This document shows, one piece after another, positions 41,500 to 57,060 of a stretch of DNA of 64,000 nucleotides. Under the pieces are notes generated by a model. It saw only the letters and a program-made list of their open reading frames with translations. It did no database searches and had not been told where the DNA came from. Where the stretch lies: the NCBI GenBank assembly GCA_951406725.2, contig OX597838.1:744001-808000 (forward strand), read 5' to 3'. The stretch comes from Octopus vulgaris (lineage: Eukaryota). Within the stretch, counting starts at the first letter, position 1; every line of letters starts with the position of its first letter. The translations under genes and the position numbers were made by a program.

Positions 41500-41600
41500 C
41501 GAATGGCTCGACCACCGTACTTATTTCTTTTAAACCTTGTACTTATTCTATCGATCACTTTTGCTGAACCGCTAGGTTACGGAGACGTAAACACAACAAC
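41500..41600 (-). mobile_element. SINE tail fragment
   Basis: GTACTTATTCTATCGATC...GAACCGCTAGGTTACGGAGACGTAAACAC. Confidence 0.7.
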
Positions 41601-41613
41601 ATATACATATACG

Positions 41614-41649
<36 letters not shown>

Positions 41650-41891
41650 AGTAAAATTGGAAGGTACCGCAAGTGGGAAAATATAGAGAAGAGGATTTTA
41701 AAATGCAGCGGTCTTTTAAAGATGTTTATTGACTTGACCGGTTTCATTTTTATTAAAAATTGATTTTCAAAACTAAAGTGCAAGGCTTTGTGTAGCCCCT
41801 TTGTAGTGTTAAAAGTTAGTTTTTTGATAAAAGTGAAAACTGTAAAGTCAATAAATATCCGTAAAAGACCTCTGCAATTTCAAATCGTCTT

Positions 41892-41930
<39 letters not shown>

Positions 41931-43046
41931 CATACATACAGACATCCATGCATACATGCGTAATGGTTGTAGGTAAAACGTTTTGTGGTTACTTGGCTAA
42001 TGCTATTCATTTTGGTTTGTAGCGATGCGATTTCCAGTGTGACTCTTGAATAAGTCACTTAACTCTATTCACCCATTTTAGTGCTATTAAAAAATATCAA
42101 CATTACTAATATTGCTGCTGTCGATATTTCTGTCTTGGATTCCCTGGTTTTAGTTACCGTCTGAAAGCTCGTGGGACGCCATTACGGAGCCGAACGAGGG
42201 ATCATTTCGTGTCATTGTAAAACAATGTGGAACAACAACAACAACCACAAATACAAAAACAACAAAGGCAACAACAACAAGGGAAAAAATCAATGAAGAA
42301 GAATAAAAATGCTATCTAAATCAAAGTAGAGAGAGAAGACGTACAGCAACAAAAACACTACAACAACAACAACAGCAATAATATCTATAACAAGGATACA
42401 ATAGAAACAACTTCAACAACAAAAATAATTATTCCTATAATTCGATGATGAAGAAAATTACAAAGATTATGATTATTTTGTTTATCATCATCATCATCAT
42501 CGTCGTCGTCGTCATCATCATCATCATCATTATTATTGTTATCATCATCATCACCATCATCATCACCATCATCATCATCAGTAGTAGTAGTAGTAGTAGG
42601 TAGTGGAAGAGGTACAGCAGAACAGAATGGTATTGTTATTGCTGTTGATGATGATGAGGATGATGAGGAGGGGGTAGATGTGGAGATGGAAGAGGAGGAA
42701 AAAGGAAGAGGAGACAGAAGGATGGTAGCGACGTGGTGGCGTGGTTTATAGTTGGTGGCAGGCCGGTCGGTCGGTGGGTTATAGCAATGAGTGATTTCTG
42801 AAGGCTGGTAAGACCAGAGGCGCCATCTATGATAATGTGTCATGGCCGACTAGAGCGGGGAAACTTGAGTGGGTGAATATGATTGTTGATGTTTGGGGCG
42901 TTTTGGCGGGAACAAGGTGTTGGTGTGAAGTGGTATAGGGGGCGACACTGTACAAGTTAACTGCCGTCTTAATAATGCACTGGCATGCATTGTTTATTGG
43001 GGCGGGGGTTAAGAGTGGACAGAGGAGGGAGATTCTGTGTCTATAA

Positions 43047-43111
<65 letters not shown>

Positions 43112-43201
43112 GCGTGTGTGTTTATACGCTTGCTGTGTGTATGCGTTCATATACATATAAGCACCCACAAATACATATTTCAAATGTATATAGCGTGTAT
43201 A

Positions 43202-43232
<31 letters not shown>

Positions 43233-43825
43233 GAGTGCCTGTCGATATGTATGTGTATTAATAAAGATATATATCTACTGTGTACATACATACATCGCAT
43301 ATACACGTGCCTTGTGTGTGTGTGTGCGTGTATTATTAGCAATAACTTGTCCGATAATTAATATTTTACAAATTAGATTTTAAATTGTTTTGTTTTTTTG
43401 TCCCTCTCTCCAATAAATGATCTTTCAACTATTCAGCTTCCCACTACTCATAACATACACACACACCTTATACACACACAAACCCCTCTACACGCTCCCT
43501 ACATGCACTCCTCATATAATCATCCCCATGCACATTCCTTATATACACTTCCTACATAGTCGGCCTTCAACACTGTCTATACACTCCCTATATACCCACC
43601 TCTATACACATCCCTTATATGAACTTCCTATATACACACCCTTAAACAATGTCTATACTCCTTATGCACACACACATATATACACATTTCTATACCTTCT
43701 TTTCTATATATATCATTTTTACACTCTTTTTATATACACCCCTTTCTATACACTCTTCCCTATATACATTCCATCACACCATACGCGCACAAACTTTTAC
43801 ATACTCTCCCTAAATATGATTTCTT

Positions 43826-44070
43826 TATACTCTCTCCTCTATGTCCTCCTGTACTCCTTCCTATGTTCTCCTGTACTCCTGCCTAAGTTTTCCTGTACTC
43901 CTTCTTATGTTCTCCTGTACTCTCTCCTCTATGTTCTCCTGTACTCCTTTCTATGTTCTCCTGTACTCCTTTCTATGCTCTCCTGTACTCCTTCCTATGC
44001 TCTCCTGTACTCTCTCCTCTATGTTCTCCTGTACTCCTTCCTATGTTCTCCTGTACTCCTTCCTGTGTTC
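43826..44070. repeat. Pyrimidine-rich 22/24-bp minisatellite (CTCCTGTACTCCTTCCTATGTT), about 10 units
   Basis: Direct reading. Confidence 0.9.
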
Positions 44071-45562
44071 TCAACAATCAATTTTGTAACAATCTCCTTT
44101 TAAACATCCTCCCTCCACACACTCCACTTTCTTCTCTTCTCCACTCCTCCATCCACCAAATCCAGTCCACTCCTACTCCACAAATCATCTCTTTCTCACA
44201 CACATATTTATGTAAACGTATATCAGTATGTGTGTGCGTGCGTGTGTATGTGTGTATGTATGTGTGTGTGCATGTCGCTCTTATGACAACTCCCTACCAA
44301 CCGCCCCTCAAAGTATGGCTTTCCTATTTTCACTGTAAATCCCTAAAACAGTATACATTGCCAAAATATCGACCCCCTCACATTTGTCGATTCCCCTTCA
44401 ACACTTCCTTAGTTTTCCCCCCATCTTTCTGCACGCGGCGGACATTTTTACCGTCGCTCCTAAAAGTTGCCGTTTGTTGCCGTATTTTGTAACACCAAAG
44501 CATGTAACGAACTTATAAAACCTCATCTGTCATGTTGATAGTCAATCATTAAAATGTTCACTGTCTGTTCACTGTCTGTTCATTATCAATTGTTCTACTC
44601 GTCTGTAGAGTATCGCCAGTCGGCTCGGTTCTGACTGTCTTTTAACTGGGTGTTGACGGGATATTGAGAACAGCTTTTGTTCTTCAAATTTCAATGTGTA
44701 AAGACCAACAAAACTGCTAAAACACTTTCAGCACCAACAGAACAGTTCTTATGGGAATCTTCAGACTACAATTTGCTGTTGGTTGTCATTGCACTGGTGT
44801 TTTTTTTATGGTTTTAGCGTTTCGGTAAGGATACACAACCACCAGGAATACTTTGCAACTAAGGACTTGTACACTGCCAGAACATTCCACAACCTCGCGA
44901 TGGATTACATTCAACTGTGTCGCGTTAGTTCTAGCATTATATATTAGTCATTATATATTGGTCAGAGAGAACCACAGTCTGACTGGTTCCATCTTCCGTG
45001 ATGGACTTCTTGGTCCAGTTCTTCTTTCGCATCAGCGCATTGGCTCCCTAAACCAACTGCCTTTAATTTATCATCGTCATCTGCAATCTAACAGTCTTCT
45101 TCGCTCACTATGTTTTCCCTTCTTCCTTATTTTAGCAAGATGACCATCATTTCTGTATCCGTCACTCACTCGATCCCCTATCATACACACATGTCACCTC
45201 TTGTAGCTCCTGCCTCTTCTCCCTCACTTCAACAGCTTTTCTTATGCTCTTCTTCTCTTTAGTCAACGCTATTTGTCGAACCATTTCGACAACAGGATCC
45301 ATCGAATCATATTGAACTTTCCTTTACATTAACCTCATCCACCAGCGAGCCACCAGTCTGAGAATGGCATTGCAAAGACCACTTCCAATAAAGCAGAATT
45401 GGAGGCCAAACAACGCTTCTAGACGTCTGCTACTATTCCATTCCATTCCATTCTCTCCACTCTTGTATTCTGTGCAGTTCTTTTATTTCTTTTTATCGCA
45501 TAATTATGAGAGTGTATATAATTTATATAAATGAGAATTCATATAGTTTATAGAAATATGCG

Positions 45563-45671
<109 letters not shown>

Positions 45672-46192
45672 GCGTGTATTTGTGTGTATAGTGCATGTAT
45701 ATACAAATATATATATAGTGTATACATATATATATATATATACACATATGTATATGCTTTGAATTGTTTTCATGTGTCACTTCGTTTACATTACATATGC
45801 GTATGTATGTATGTGTGTATGTATGTATGTATGTATGTCTGTCTGTACGTCCAAAACAAGCCCCCCCCCAACACGTGCTCGTCGTGTGCAGTGTACATTG
45901 TAACGGAGCTCATCTTCAATTCGCCATTATCACAAGATTGTACGTTCAACTTGACAAGTTGAAATGTCACACAACAGGCAGCAGAGGCACGAAAAAATGG
46001 CAATGGAAGCACTCCCCCCCCCCCACTCCCGCCACCATCATCACCATCATCACCATCATCGTCATCGTCATTGTTTTGTCAGCTACATCATCACCATCAC
46101 CACCACCATCACCATCACCACCACATCCAAAACATCCTCCTCCATCCACATCAACATTTACAGTTTGTGCAATGGTGAGTGTGTGTGTTATG

Positions 46193-46238
<46 letters not shown>

Positions 46239-46341
46239 CATATACATATATATATGTATATATTATGGATACACGCATGCGCGCACACATGCATTTGTCG
46301 TATCTCAGTGGCATATGAAGGAGACATTGATATGACAGCAT

Positions 46342-46773
46342 AGAGAGAGAGATAGAGAAAAAAAGGGAGAGCGAGAGATAAAGAGAGAAAAGGAGAGAGA
46401 GAGAGAGAGAGAAAAAAGGGAGAGCGAGAGATAAAGAGAGAAAAGGAGAGAGAGAGATAGAGAAAAAAAGGGAGAGCGAGAGATAAAGAGAGAAAAGGAG
46501 AGAGAGAGAGAGAGAGAAAAAAAGGGAGAGCGAGAGATAAAGACAGAAAAGGAGAGAGATAGAGAAAAAAAGGGAGAGCGAGAGATAAAGACAGAAAAGG
46601 AGAGAGATAGAGAAAAAAAGGGAGAGCGAGAGATAAAGAGAGAAAAGGAGAGAGAGAGAGAGAAAAAGGGAGAGCGAGAGATAAAGACAGAAAAGGAGAG
46701 AGATAGAGAAAAAAAGGGAGAGCGAGAGATAAAGAGAGAAAAGGAGAGAGAGAGAAAAAAGGGAGAGCGAGAG
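46342..46773. repeat. Almost pure-purine minisatellite of about 48-54 bp, 9 units
   Basis: The core GGGAGAGCGAGAG recurs 9 times. Confidence 0.9.
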
Positions 46774-47007
46774 AACAATGGATGTAAATACGTACAGATA
46801 ATAATATTGAAACCGTTGTTGATGATGATGATGATGATTATGATGATGATGATGATGATGAGGAGGAGGAGGAGGAGGAGGACGGCCACGATGACAATAA
46901 TGTCAATGGTGGTGCTGGTGGCAACGGCGATAAAAATGCTAGTAATGATAGGTGTGAATGGGTGGGGGGGATAGAGACAAATGTGCACATCACATATGTA
47001 TGTATGT

Positions 47008-47071
<64 letters not shown>

Positions 47072-47360
47072 CTATATGCGTGTGTATAAATGTTGTTTCG
47101 TTGGTGAGTGTTTATGTTTGTATACCTACACTGTATGTAGATATAATGCCTCTAGGAATATAATGAACCGCAAGCGTTGAGTCGTCCCAGTATTGAAGGA
47201 GAGAGAGTTAAAGCGGACGCGTGCGCGCGCACATAATTTTGATGGATGCCGTCTATTACAATCTATGATTGATATATTAAGTGAGAACTGGTGTTAGTAT
47301 GGCGGCCAACTCAGAACGCAAGCACACCTGTCGATGCATGTGTGAGTGTGTGAGTGAGTG

Positions 47361-47393
<33 letters not shown>

Positions 47394-47880
47394 ATACACA
47401 TGCATACAGATTACATGTAAATATATATGTATGTGTGTGTGTATATATATATATATGCATATATATGCATACACATACATACACACACACAAACGCACAC
47501 ATACACTCACTCACGCACGCGCGCCCACTCATACACACACAAACACACACACACACATATATATGTGCAGGTATACATTCATAGTGATGCATAGCATATT
47601 CTCACTAGCACCAGTAACACTACCACCATCATCATCATCATCATCATCGCCATCAGCACCACAGCTAACATGACCATCACCTCCAGCATCACGACCACCA
47701 CCACCTCCGCCATCGCCACCCATTAAAGACTGTCCCACTTGTGTTATAAAGTAATGTGCATTGAAAACTGCACGCTATGCAGAAATCATGTGCAGAAATA
47801 TGCATATCATTGATATTATACAGATGCATGTGTTTACATATCTCCTCATATATAAAGACGTGTACGAATGTATAGTTTGC

Positions 47881-48312
<432 letters not shown>

Positions 48313-48332
48313 AGAGAAGTTTGTATATGTAG

Positions 48333-48740
48333 TGCACCTGGAACTATGGATAACTTGGGCCAGGAACCATGGATAACTTCCAGAAATCCCTGGCTACCGG
48401 AGGGCGCTGCTGGTTCGAGATGAGCTCTACAGGCACGTGTGTGCAGTCAGTCGGGCTTGTCCGTGATGCGATCAAAGTGATGAAACCGTTCTGCATGCTC
48501 TCATACAGTGCCCGCGCATTACTGACATGTGGAGCTTTGTCGAAGAGTTATTGTCACGTGTAGGACGTATCCAGCTATCGTCCGAGTCCATTGTGAAGAT
48601 CGCCCCTCCTCCTTCCGTTGGCCGGGAAGGGAGGGAAATTTTTCTCTGTTTGGTGGCTATGGCAAAAGAGGTTGCGTGTTGGACGCGATTGAAAAGGTTG
48701 AAGACGGGTACCTTCCTCTTGGGAGACTGATCAACGGTTC
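48333..48740 (+). mobile_element. Tx1/L1-group LINE ORF2 C-terminal fragment
   Basis: ALLVRDELYRH...RACP*CDQSDETVLHALIQCPRITDMW: CCHC zinc knuckle with an in-frame stop. Confidence 0.75.
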
Positions 48741-49419
48741 AGAGAGAACTGGCTCTTGGTAAATAGTGTTCTACTCAGGCCTGTTGCAACCTTACTCTAT
48801 TTGACGAGTGGATATGGATGGAGATGTATGGATCTGAATTGGTTAAAGTGAGAGTGGCTTGTACAAAAAATATTTCCTGTATCACCAATTCTCGTGTATT
48901 ATCCATTCCGATGATACCAAGAAACTGCCCGCGGATTGGCTGGGGACGTTGTGGGCAACATACACTCAGCATAAACAGATCTGCTGCAGAATTTTAAGTG
49001 CATGAAGTCTTCCTCTCTCTCTCCCCCCTCTCTTTCTCTATCTTCCCTTTCCATCCCTGTATTTCTTCCTCTCTCTCTCTCTCCCTCTCTTTCACGCATG
49101 CACACACACACATACATAGAGAGTTAAAGAAAGAAATCCAATGTTAAAAAAAAACAAAAAAAACAAAAAAACGATTGTTTTAAGACAATCATTTTTAGTA
49201 TTTAACGATTCTTTACAACATTGTTATTTGTTTCGACTTTCGATACTTCAGAAAAAAAAAAGACTTAAAAACTTGCGAGTCGGAGCACATTGGACACTTT
49301 GTGAAGAGATGTCGCTGGATAATAACACACAGACTTATATATACATATATGCATGTACATATGTATGTTTATTTACGTGCATGTGTATGTATGCATACAT
49401 ACATACACATACACATACA

Positions 49420-49545
49420 TGGCCACATGGTTCCGGGTTCAGTCCTACTGCTTGGCATCCTGGGCAAAGAGTCTTCTATGATAGCCTTGAGCCGACCAAA
49501 GCCTTGTGAGTGGATTTGATAGATGGAAATTAAAAGAAGCCCGTA
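49420..49545 (+). mobile_element. SINE head fragment
   Basis: CCACATGGTTCCGGGTTCAGTCC...GCCGACCAAAGCCTTGTGAGTGGATTTG, reverse complement of 55880-56000. Confidence 0.85.
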
Positions 49546-49562
49546 GTACATATATATATATG

Positions 49563-49619
<57 letters not shown>

Positions 49620-49774
49620 CAGAAGGAAGAATAATGTCCATGTTGTGTTATTGATCCGACAAAATCGAAACCAAATGGCAGGATTAGAAATAGAAAGCTA
49701 AATATATCTGCTCTGTAACGGTATGTGTATCGATAGAAACACACATTCTCTCTCTCACACGCACACTCACTCCC

Positions 49775-49822
<48 letters not shown>

Positions 49823-50120
49823 CTACGGGACATGATAAACCTATGCTGTTTAAGCTGTACACTTATAAACATATGTATGCAGCAGATGTGAAGAAATACA
49901 GTTATACACCCGCAGCTGAGACGTGTAAACATAAAAAGATATGAACAACTGCTGATTTATACACCTTTTGTATACATTCGTATTCACAGACGTGCACACA
50001 TGCACAGACACACACACATACTGACACACATATATATATATATATATACACATACACTAAATACACTTTACACAATTTTATTTTCAATGAAGCACAAGTC
50101 AGGATTATGACAACTCTTTC

Positions 50121-50185
<65 letters not shown>

Positions 50186-50229
50186 ATATATATGAATACG
50201 AGATCCTCTCATTCATTTCATCCAGTATC

Positions 50230-50345
50230 CAGTTGACCGGAAATGAGCTGGCTACATGCGATAGAATCACTTCCGGTTGATGAACCTCATTCTAATTTGC
50301 TGACGTGTTCCAGGCAAAGGTTTGGGACGGCCACTTCCTGCATAA
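50230..50345. promoter_or_regulatory. ETS-site cluster
   Basis: ACCGGAAAT (50237), CACTTCCGGT (50268), CACTTCCTG (50332). Confidence 0.3.
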
Positions 50346-50571
50346 GTCCAGGGTCGAGGAATGGTCAGTCGGTGTGGCGCCCATCCTGTCTTCTCACTTA
50401 TTGCTGTCACCGAATAATATGTCGTCTGCTTCTTCCAGATGACATTCTAGACATTGGATAATGTTAAACCTTCAGATCTGCTTTCTCCTTTCATCACGAT
50501 ATCTCCCTCTCTCCTCCTCTCTCTCTCTCACCCACCCACCCACACTTTCTATCTCTCCATCTTTCTCCCCC

Positions 50572-50648
<77 letters not shown>

Positions 50649-51000
50649 CTTCTCTGTCTTTCCCTTTCTTTCAATCTTTTCGCGAGATATTCAATCCCAT
50701 CTTTTCCTTGTTCTTTATTTTCCTCTTCCTCTTTCTATCTTTCTCTCTCTCTCTTTTTACCTCTCTTTCTTTCTCTTTCTTTCTACGACCCCTTTACCGC
50801 CAGCCCTGTAGTTTATTCATTTATTTTTCATTCATCTCCTATCTTTCATACAAACACCCAACCATTTATATCCTCTCTCTATCTCTGTCCCTTTTCCCTT
50901 TCTCCCCCTCTCTCCACACACGCACATATATATATAAAACTATACACATACGTATGTGTGTCTGAATGTATGTATGTGAGTGTATGTACGCGCGTATGAA

Positions 51001-51034
<34 letters not shown>

Positions 51035-51107
51035 CATACATTTATATATATGTATATGTGTGTATGCATGTGTATATATGTATGTATATGTATGTACTCT
51101 TTTATAT

Positions 51108-51862
51108 GTTTCAGCCTTGAGGCTGTGGCCATGCTGGGGCACCGCCAGCGTAATCACCTTTTAATTTATCAATTCTTTATGATTGGGTTTTGGTGAAGGA
51201 GTGAGTTCGATACCGCTGCCCTCTTTGAGTTTCCTGTCTTGATATTGGTTCATCTGGGATCTTGGATAGCAAGAAGTCAAGTTGTGTCTTGAAAACATCT
51301 ACTCCCATTCCATGGAGATGTTTTGGCAAGGAGTTAAATAGCCGTGGGCCCTTCAATCCAAAGCTATAGCAGTACATAGCCTTCTTCTTAGATGACAAAG
51401 CTGGGACTCTTGGAACAGTGCAGTGACATCCATTTCAAGGTCTGGTATAACTCTCAATTCTAAAGTTTGATGCCACTCCCTCCAGTATCCAGAAACCCTA
51501 ACCTCTTCCGTTTTCACTGCAGGGAGTAGAGTCGCAGCTCTTTCAGTCTCTCCCAGTAGCGCAGCTGTTCCAATGATGCAATCTCCCTCGAATAGTATCG
51601 CTGAACCACCCCAAGTTCTGCTATTAATCCTACAGTGTAAAGTGACCACAGTTGAGAGCAATAGTCCAGAGGGCTGAGGACAAATGTCCTTCATAAGACC
51701 AGCATAGGTCCTTTATTCTGAAGGATCTCAGAATGCATCTGGCCATTCGCCTGCACACTGCCACCATCTTGGTAATATGCAAGTGAAACGACGCATCGTT
51801 GCTCATATCAATCCCAAGATCATGCATCATATGTGATTCTAGGATTGCCGCTCCTTTTGGTC
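51108..51862 (-). mobile_element. CR1/L2-group LINE 3' fragment (same family as 14030-14350)
   Basis: [16 protein letters not shown]...ILRSF ... GPRLFNSLP...FKTQLDFLLSKIPDEP, with frameshifts and a 3' stem-loop tail. Confidence 0.85.
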
Positions 51863-51891
51863 CAAAGTACATACATACATACATACATACA

Positions 51892-51923
<32 letters not shown>

Positions 51924-51935
51924 CATATATATACA

Positions 51936-52023
<88 letters not shown>

Positions 52024-52039
52024 ACTTTAGTATCATATA

Positions 52040-52115
52040 ATTGCCCAAGATGAGGCTCAGTGGGGATCGAACCCAAAACTACGTAGTTATGAAGGTGACT
52101 TCTTAACCATAAATC
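52040..52115 (-). mobile_element. SINE head fragment
   Basis: TTGCCCAAGATG...GTGGGGATCGAACCC...CTTCTTAACCA. Confidence 0.6.
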
Positions 52116-52361
52116 TCTACCTGTGACCATATACACATTCAAATATATTCATAAATACAAACAGTGATATTGTTTTGTAGAATTACCATCAGCATCGGTT
52201 TTATACTCTAGAATTATGTGTGTGTGTGTGTGTGTGTACACAGGCAAACACACACACACACATTTATATATATATATTTTATACATGCATACATACATAT
52301 ACATACATGTATAACACGCACACACACACACTAGAAAGAAGGAAAGTGATGATGACAGAAA

Positions 52362-52409
<48 letters not shown>

Positions 52410-52589
52410 GTGAATATTGTAAATGTATGTATAATATAAGTGATATAATTAAACACCTGTCAACGTGTTTATGTCGTCCACGATATACATCACAATATAT
52501 AGCGTGACGTGACGTTGCCCCGTTTGGCGGTTTAGGGCAGAGAATCACCCCTGCGTATTCCTCTCCTCATACGTACGCGCAAATGTATG

Positions 52590-52684
<95 letters not shown>

Positions 52685-52790
52685 TTAGATTCATACACAT
52701 ATACAAGTATATGTATATATATATTTATATCTATATGCTTGTATGTATTTGTACATTTCTACATGTGCATTGAGAGAAGAAAGAGGGAGG

Positions 52791-52830
<40 letters not shown>

Positions 52831-53498
52831 AAAAAAGAAAGAAAGAAAGAAAGAGGCTGGTATATTGCTTTCATATTGCTGGCCTTCGAGAAAGATGTTT
52901 AGTCGACTACATCACCCCCAGCGTACAACTGGTACTTAATTTCATCAATCCTGAAAAGATGGAAGGCAAAGTTTTTCCGTCCGGCTTAACGAATTGTTTG
53001 TATACAATGAACTCAAGTCTGTGGAAGATCTTAGAGTACAGACGGGGTGAAGGATAAGCTTCATATTAATGTGTGTGTGTGTATAAACACACACACACAC
53101 ATAGTATATATCTGTGGTTCTCTACCTTGCTCCATGCGGCCCTTGGGGGCGGGGGTCCATATAAGATTTTTGTTAGAATTTATGTGCAATAAATTGCTTA
53201 TTCTTTCTCGATTCGCAAAATGTCTTAATGTCTTTTATGCAATTATTTAACGAAATATTTAATTCTAAAAATATAATCGGATATTTTTAAATATCGAATG
53301 GCCATGGAGGTTCGCTCGAGTAAAACAGGAATAAATGGCGTCCATGGATGCAAGAATAGATGGAAACAAAACCAGTGAGGGACGGGGCTGTAGTGGCTTC
53401 CCAACCGTCTCTGGGTTTGTGTGTGTATGTATGTATGTATGTATGTATGTATATACACACACAAACACATACATATATATGTATATCTATCTATCTAA

Positions 53499-53556
<58 letters not shown>

Positions 53557-53817
53557 GTATGTATGTGTGTATTAATAGATATATAGATAGACAGATAGAT
53601 AAATGTACATTCATACATACATTCGTTTATTTATGCATACGGGACAATTCATGTTTATGCTCACGTGATAAGATGTATGTATAGCAGCGCCCTCTACAAA
53701 ATTTGCGTGACTCTCTTAATTACATTAACATTTCTATCAACATATCAAATCAACATCTCATTTCCTCATTTTGACACCCACTTACATTTTCTACTGAGCC
53801 ACACATCTAGCTAGCCG

Positions 53818-53857
<40 letters not shown>

Positions 53858-53862
53858 CCTAC

Positions 53863-53902
<40 letters not shown>

Positions 53903-54069
53903 ATCCACTTTTCTTCTCACTGACATAAATATATACATGGGTGTGTGTGTATATATACACACTAAAGCAATACAAAAACACACGAACACGCGCATGTTAT
54001 TCACGTATATATATATATGCATGTATATAATATGTATATATATATATATATACATAGAGAGAGACAGAT

Positions 54070-54112
<43 letters not shown>

Positions 54113-54126
54113 CATACTTGCATATC

Positions 54127-54157
<31 letters not shown>

Positions 54158-54241
54158 AAGTATGTATATGATACATGCACTCATATATGCAGGAAACACG
54201 AACATACAGGTATGTATTAGTGTAATTACAACACATACAAG

Positions 54242-54285
<44 letters not shown>

Positions 54286-54774
54286 TCATACACACATATA
54301 TGCATGGATGGACCCATGTATGTCTACACACACATATAAGTATATTTGTGTATATATACATTTATCTACCCCTTATGTAGCGTTTACTTTCAACTCACCT
54401 TTCGTTATATACCTACATTTCTCTCTCCTCTCCTTATCACTTTATCCGGCCCCTTTACCATTCCCCCCCTTACTCATATTCACATCTCTTTCCTTTGATA
54501 CTCTCCCCCCCCCACTCACTCCGCCACCTGTCATAAATGATAGACAGTCTAATATTCAACGGGTCGACCTGGCCTCACCAGAATCGCGAAAGTTGTCTTC
54601 CAATTGTTCGTGATTGTTCTTATTGCTGTTATTGTTGTTGTTTATGGTGGTGATGGTTGTGGTGGTGGAGTTACGTAGAGGGCATAAGATTATGTACATA
54701 CCTTAAGATTTCGTTTTATATATTAATATATGTATGGAAATATATGTATAGATAAATATTTGTATGCATGTACG

Positions 54775-54857
<83 letters not shown>

Positions 54858-54874
54858 ATATATATATATATTTG

Positions 54875-54913
<39 letters not shown>

Positions 54914-54937
54914 TCACACACACACATGCATATACAC

Positions 54938-54987
<50 letters not shown>

Positions 54988-55620
54988 GTATGTATATATA
55001 TGTACATATATATTGTGTACGTATATATACATATACATACATACATATTGCATATACATCTATCTATCTATACACACACACATGCACACATACACATATG
55101 GGTTTTAGATTCTCACAATATGGCCAGGTGTTTCAACTTTTGTCTCATCGGAGTGTCTTCTCTGTTGAGATAAGATGCATAATATTTGGACATATTTTAA
55201 GAAAGCGTCAAGACTTTCTCCTTGTGTCGTGCATTTTCTTTTCTTGTTGCAGCTTTCTCCCACCACATCGAGGTTTTGATCGTTGATGTATTTCATCAAG
55301 ATCTGCCAAAGGATTAACAAACGGCAACAACGATAGAAGATATGCACTGAACGACATCTGAACTGCATTGATTCCGTCAAGAAGCCACACAGTACAAGCA
55401 GAAGCCGCTCTTCCGATAGATTTACTTATTTGGCCAAACCGTAATTGCCAACGTCGTACAATTGGTGTGACATCAACTTGTGTTGCTAGGAAACTGACAG
55501 TGCATCATATGCAACACAGACATACAAATTATCTTTCCCAAGCTGTTCTACAACAATAATAATAATAACAACTACAACAATAATAAAGATGATGATGGTC
55601 GACTCTCCTGTCGAACAATA

Positions 55621-55821
55621 CTCTTTTACACATTTCAGTCACTTGACTGTGGCCATGCTGAAGCACCGCCTTTAGTCGAACGAATCAACCCCAGGATTTA
55701 TTCTTTGTAAGTCTAGTACTTATTCTATCGGTTTCTTTTGCAGAAATGCTATGTTTCGGGGACGTAAACACATCAACATCGGTTGCCAAGCGATGGTGGC
55801 GGGACAAAGACAGACACAAAG

Positions 55822-55877
<56 letters not shown>

Positions 55878-56030
55878 GACGGGCTTCTTACAGTTTCCAT
55901 CTACTAAGTCCACTCACAAGGCTTTGGTCGGCTCGAGGCTATAGTAGAAGACACCAGCCCAAGGTGCCACGCCGTGGAACTGAACCCGGAACCTTGTGGT
56001 TGAGAAGTAATTTTCTTACCACACAGCGAC
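55621..56030 (-). mobile_element. Near full-length tRNA-derived SINE with internal (TA)n(TG)n microsatellite
   Basis: Head CTGTGTGGTAAG...GGTTCAGTTCC, CORE-like ACCTTGGGC, internal microsatellite at 55825-55877, 3' tail with stem-loop. Confidence 0.85.
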
Positions 56031-56312
56031 ATTTGCGTCCATATATATACATATATATAAAATACAAAATAATATAGTGTATCATACTCTATCCATACAT
56101 ACATACATACATACATACATACATACATACATACATACATACATACATACATACATACATGCATATATACATACATACATATATATATATTATGTTCACC
56201 ATATATATATATATAGATTATTACATATTTAATACATAAAATAACACAAATCCAAAGAGCTTAGTCAAATTTAATGCGTGTATATATAATCACACATAAA
56301 AGGGTGTGTGTA

Positions 56313-56397
<85 letters not shown>

Positions 56398-56737
56398 GGT
56401 AGTGGTGGTGGTGTTGATAATACTCTTGTTAAGATGGTGGTGGTGGTGGTGGTGATGATGTTGATGATGATGATGGTGATTGGCTGTGAGGAGGGTGGGT
56501 GGGAAGGAAAGTGGAAGTTGGTATATATCGAAAAGACGAGCGTAAACTGTAAAAAAAGGCGGCCAACTTTTGTTGGAAGGAGGCCGATGAGAGATTAAGC
56601 GGTTCCTAATTGGGGTGGCGACACCGGGGCAATGAATTGGCCGTAAGGGACACACAGACAGAATATTGTTGGATACTGATTGCTGATGTGATTACTAATG
56701 GAGCGTGAAATTAACGAAGACCACAACCACACTGATG

Positions 56738-56747
56738 AGGATGATGG

Positions 56748-56779
<32 letters not shown>

Positions 56780-56798
56780 GTGATGATGATGGTGATGG

Positions 56799-56839
<41 letters not shown>

Positions 56840-56869
56840 GTGATGATGATGGTGATGGTGATGATGATG

Positions 56870-56932
<63 letters not shown>

Positions 56933-56941
56933 GTGATGATG
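56738..56941. repeat. (GAT)n with an exact 60-bp higher-order duplication
   Basis: 56761-56820 is identical to 56821-56880. Confidence 0.9.
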
Positions 56942-57027
56942 TCATCAATAATGATCATAATGATTACAAATCCGTTTTACAAAGCCTCACTACGATTATT
57001 GCTACTATCACCACCACCACCACCACC

Positions 57028-57060
<33 letters not shown>

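Noticed and set aside
44500-45480. Possible RTE-like remnant (SQNRADWR on minus strand)
   Set aside because: Single short motif; insufficient support
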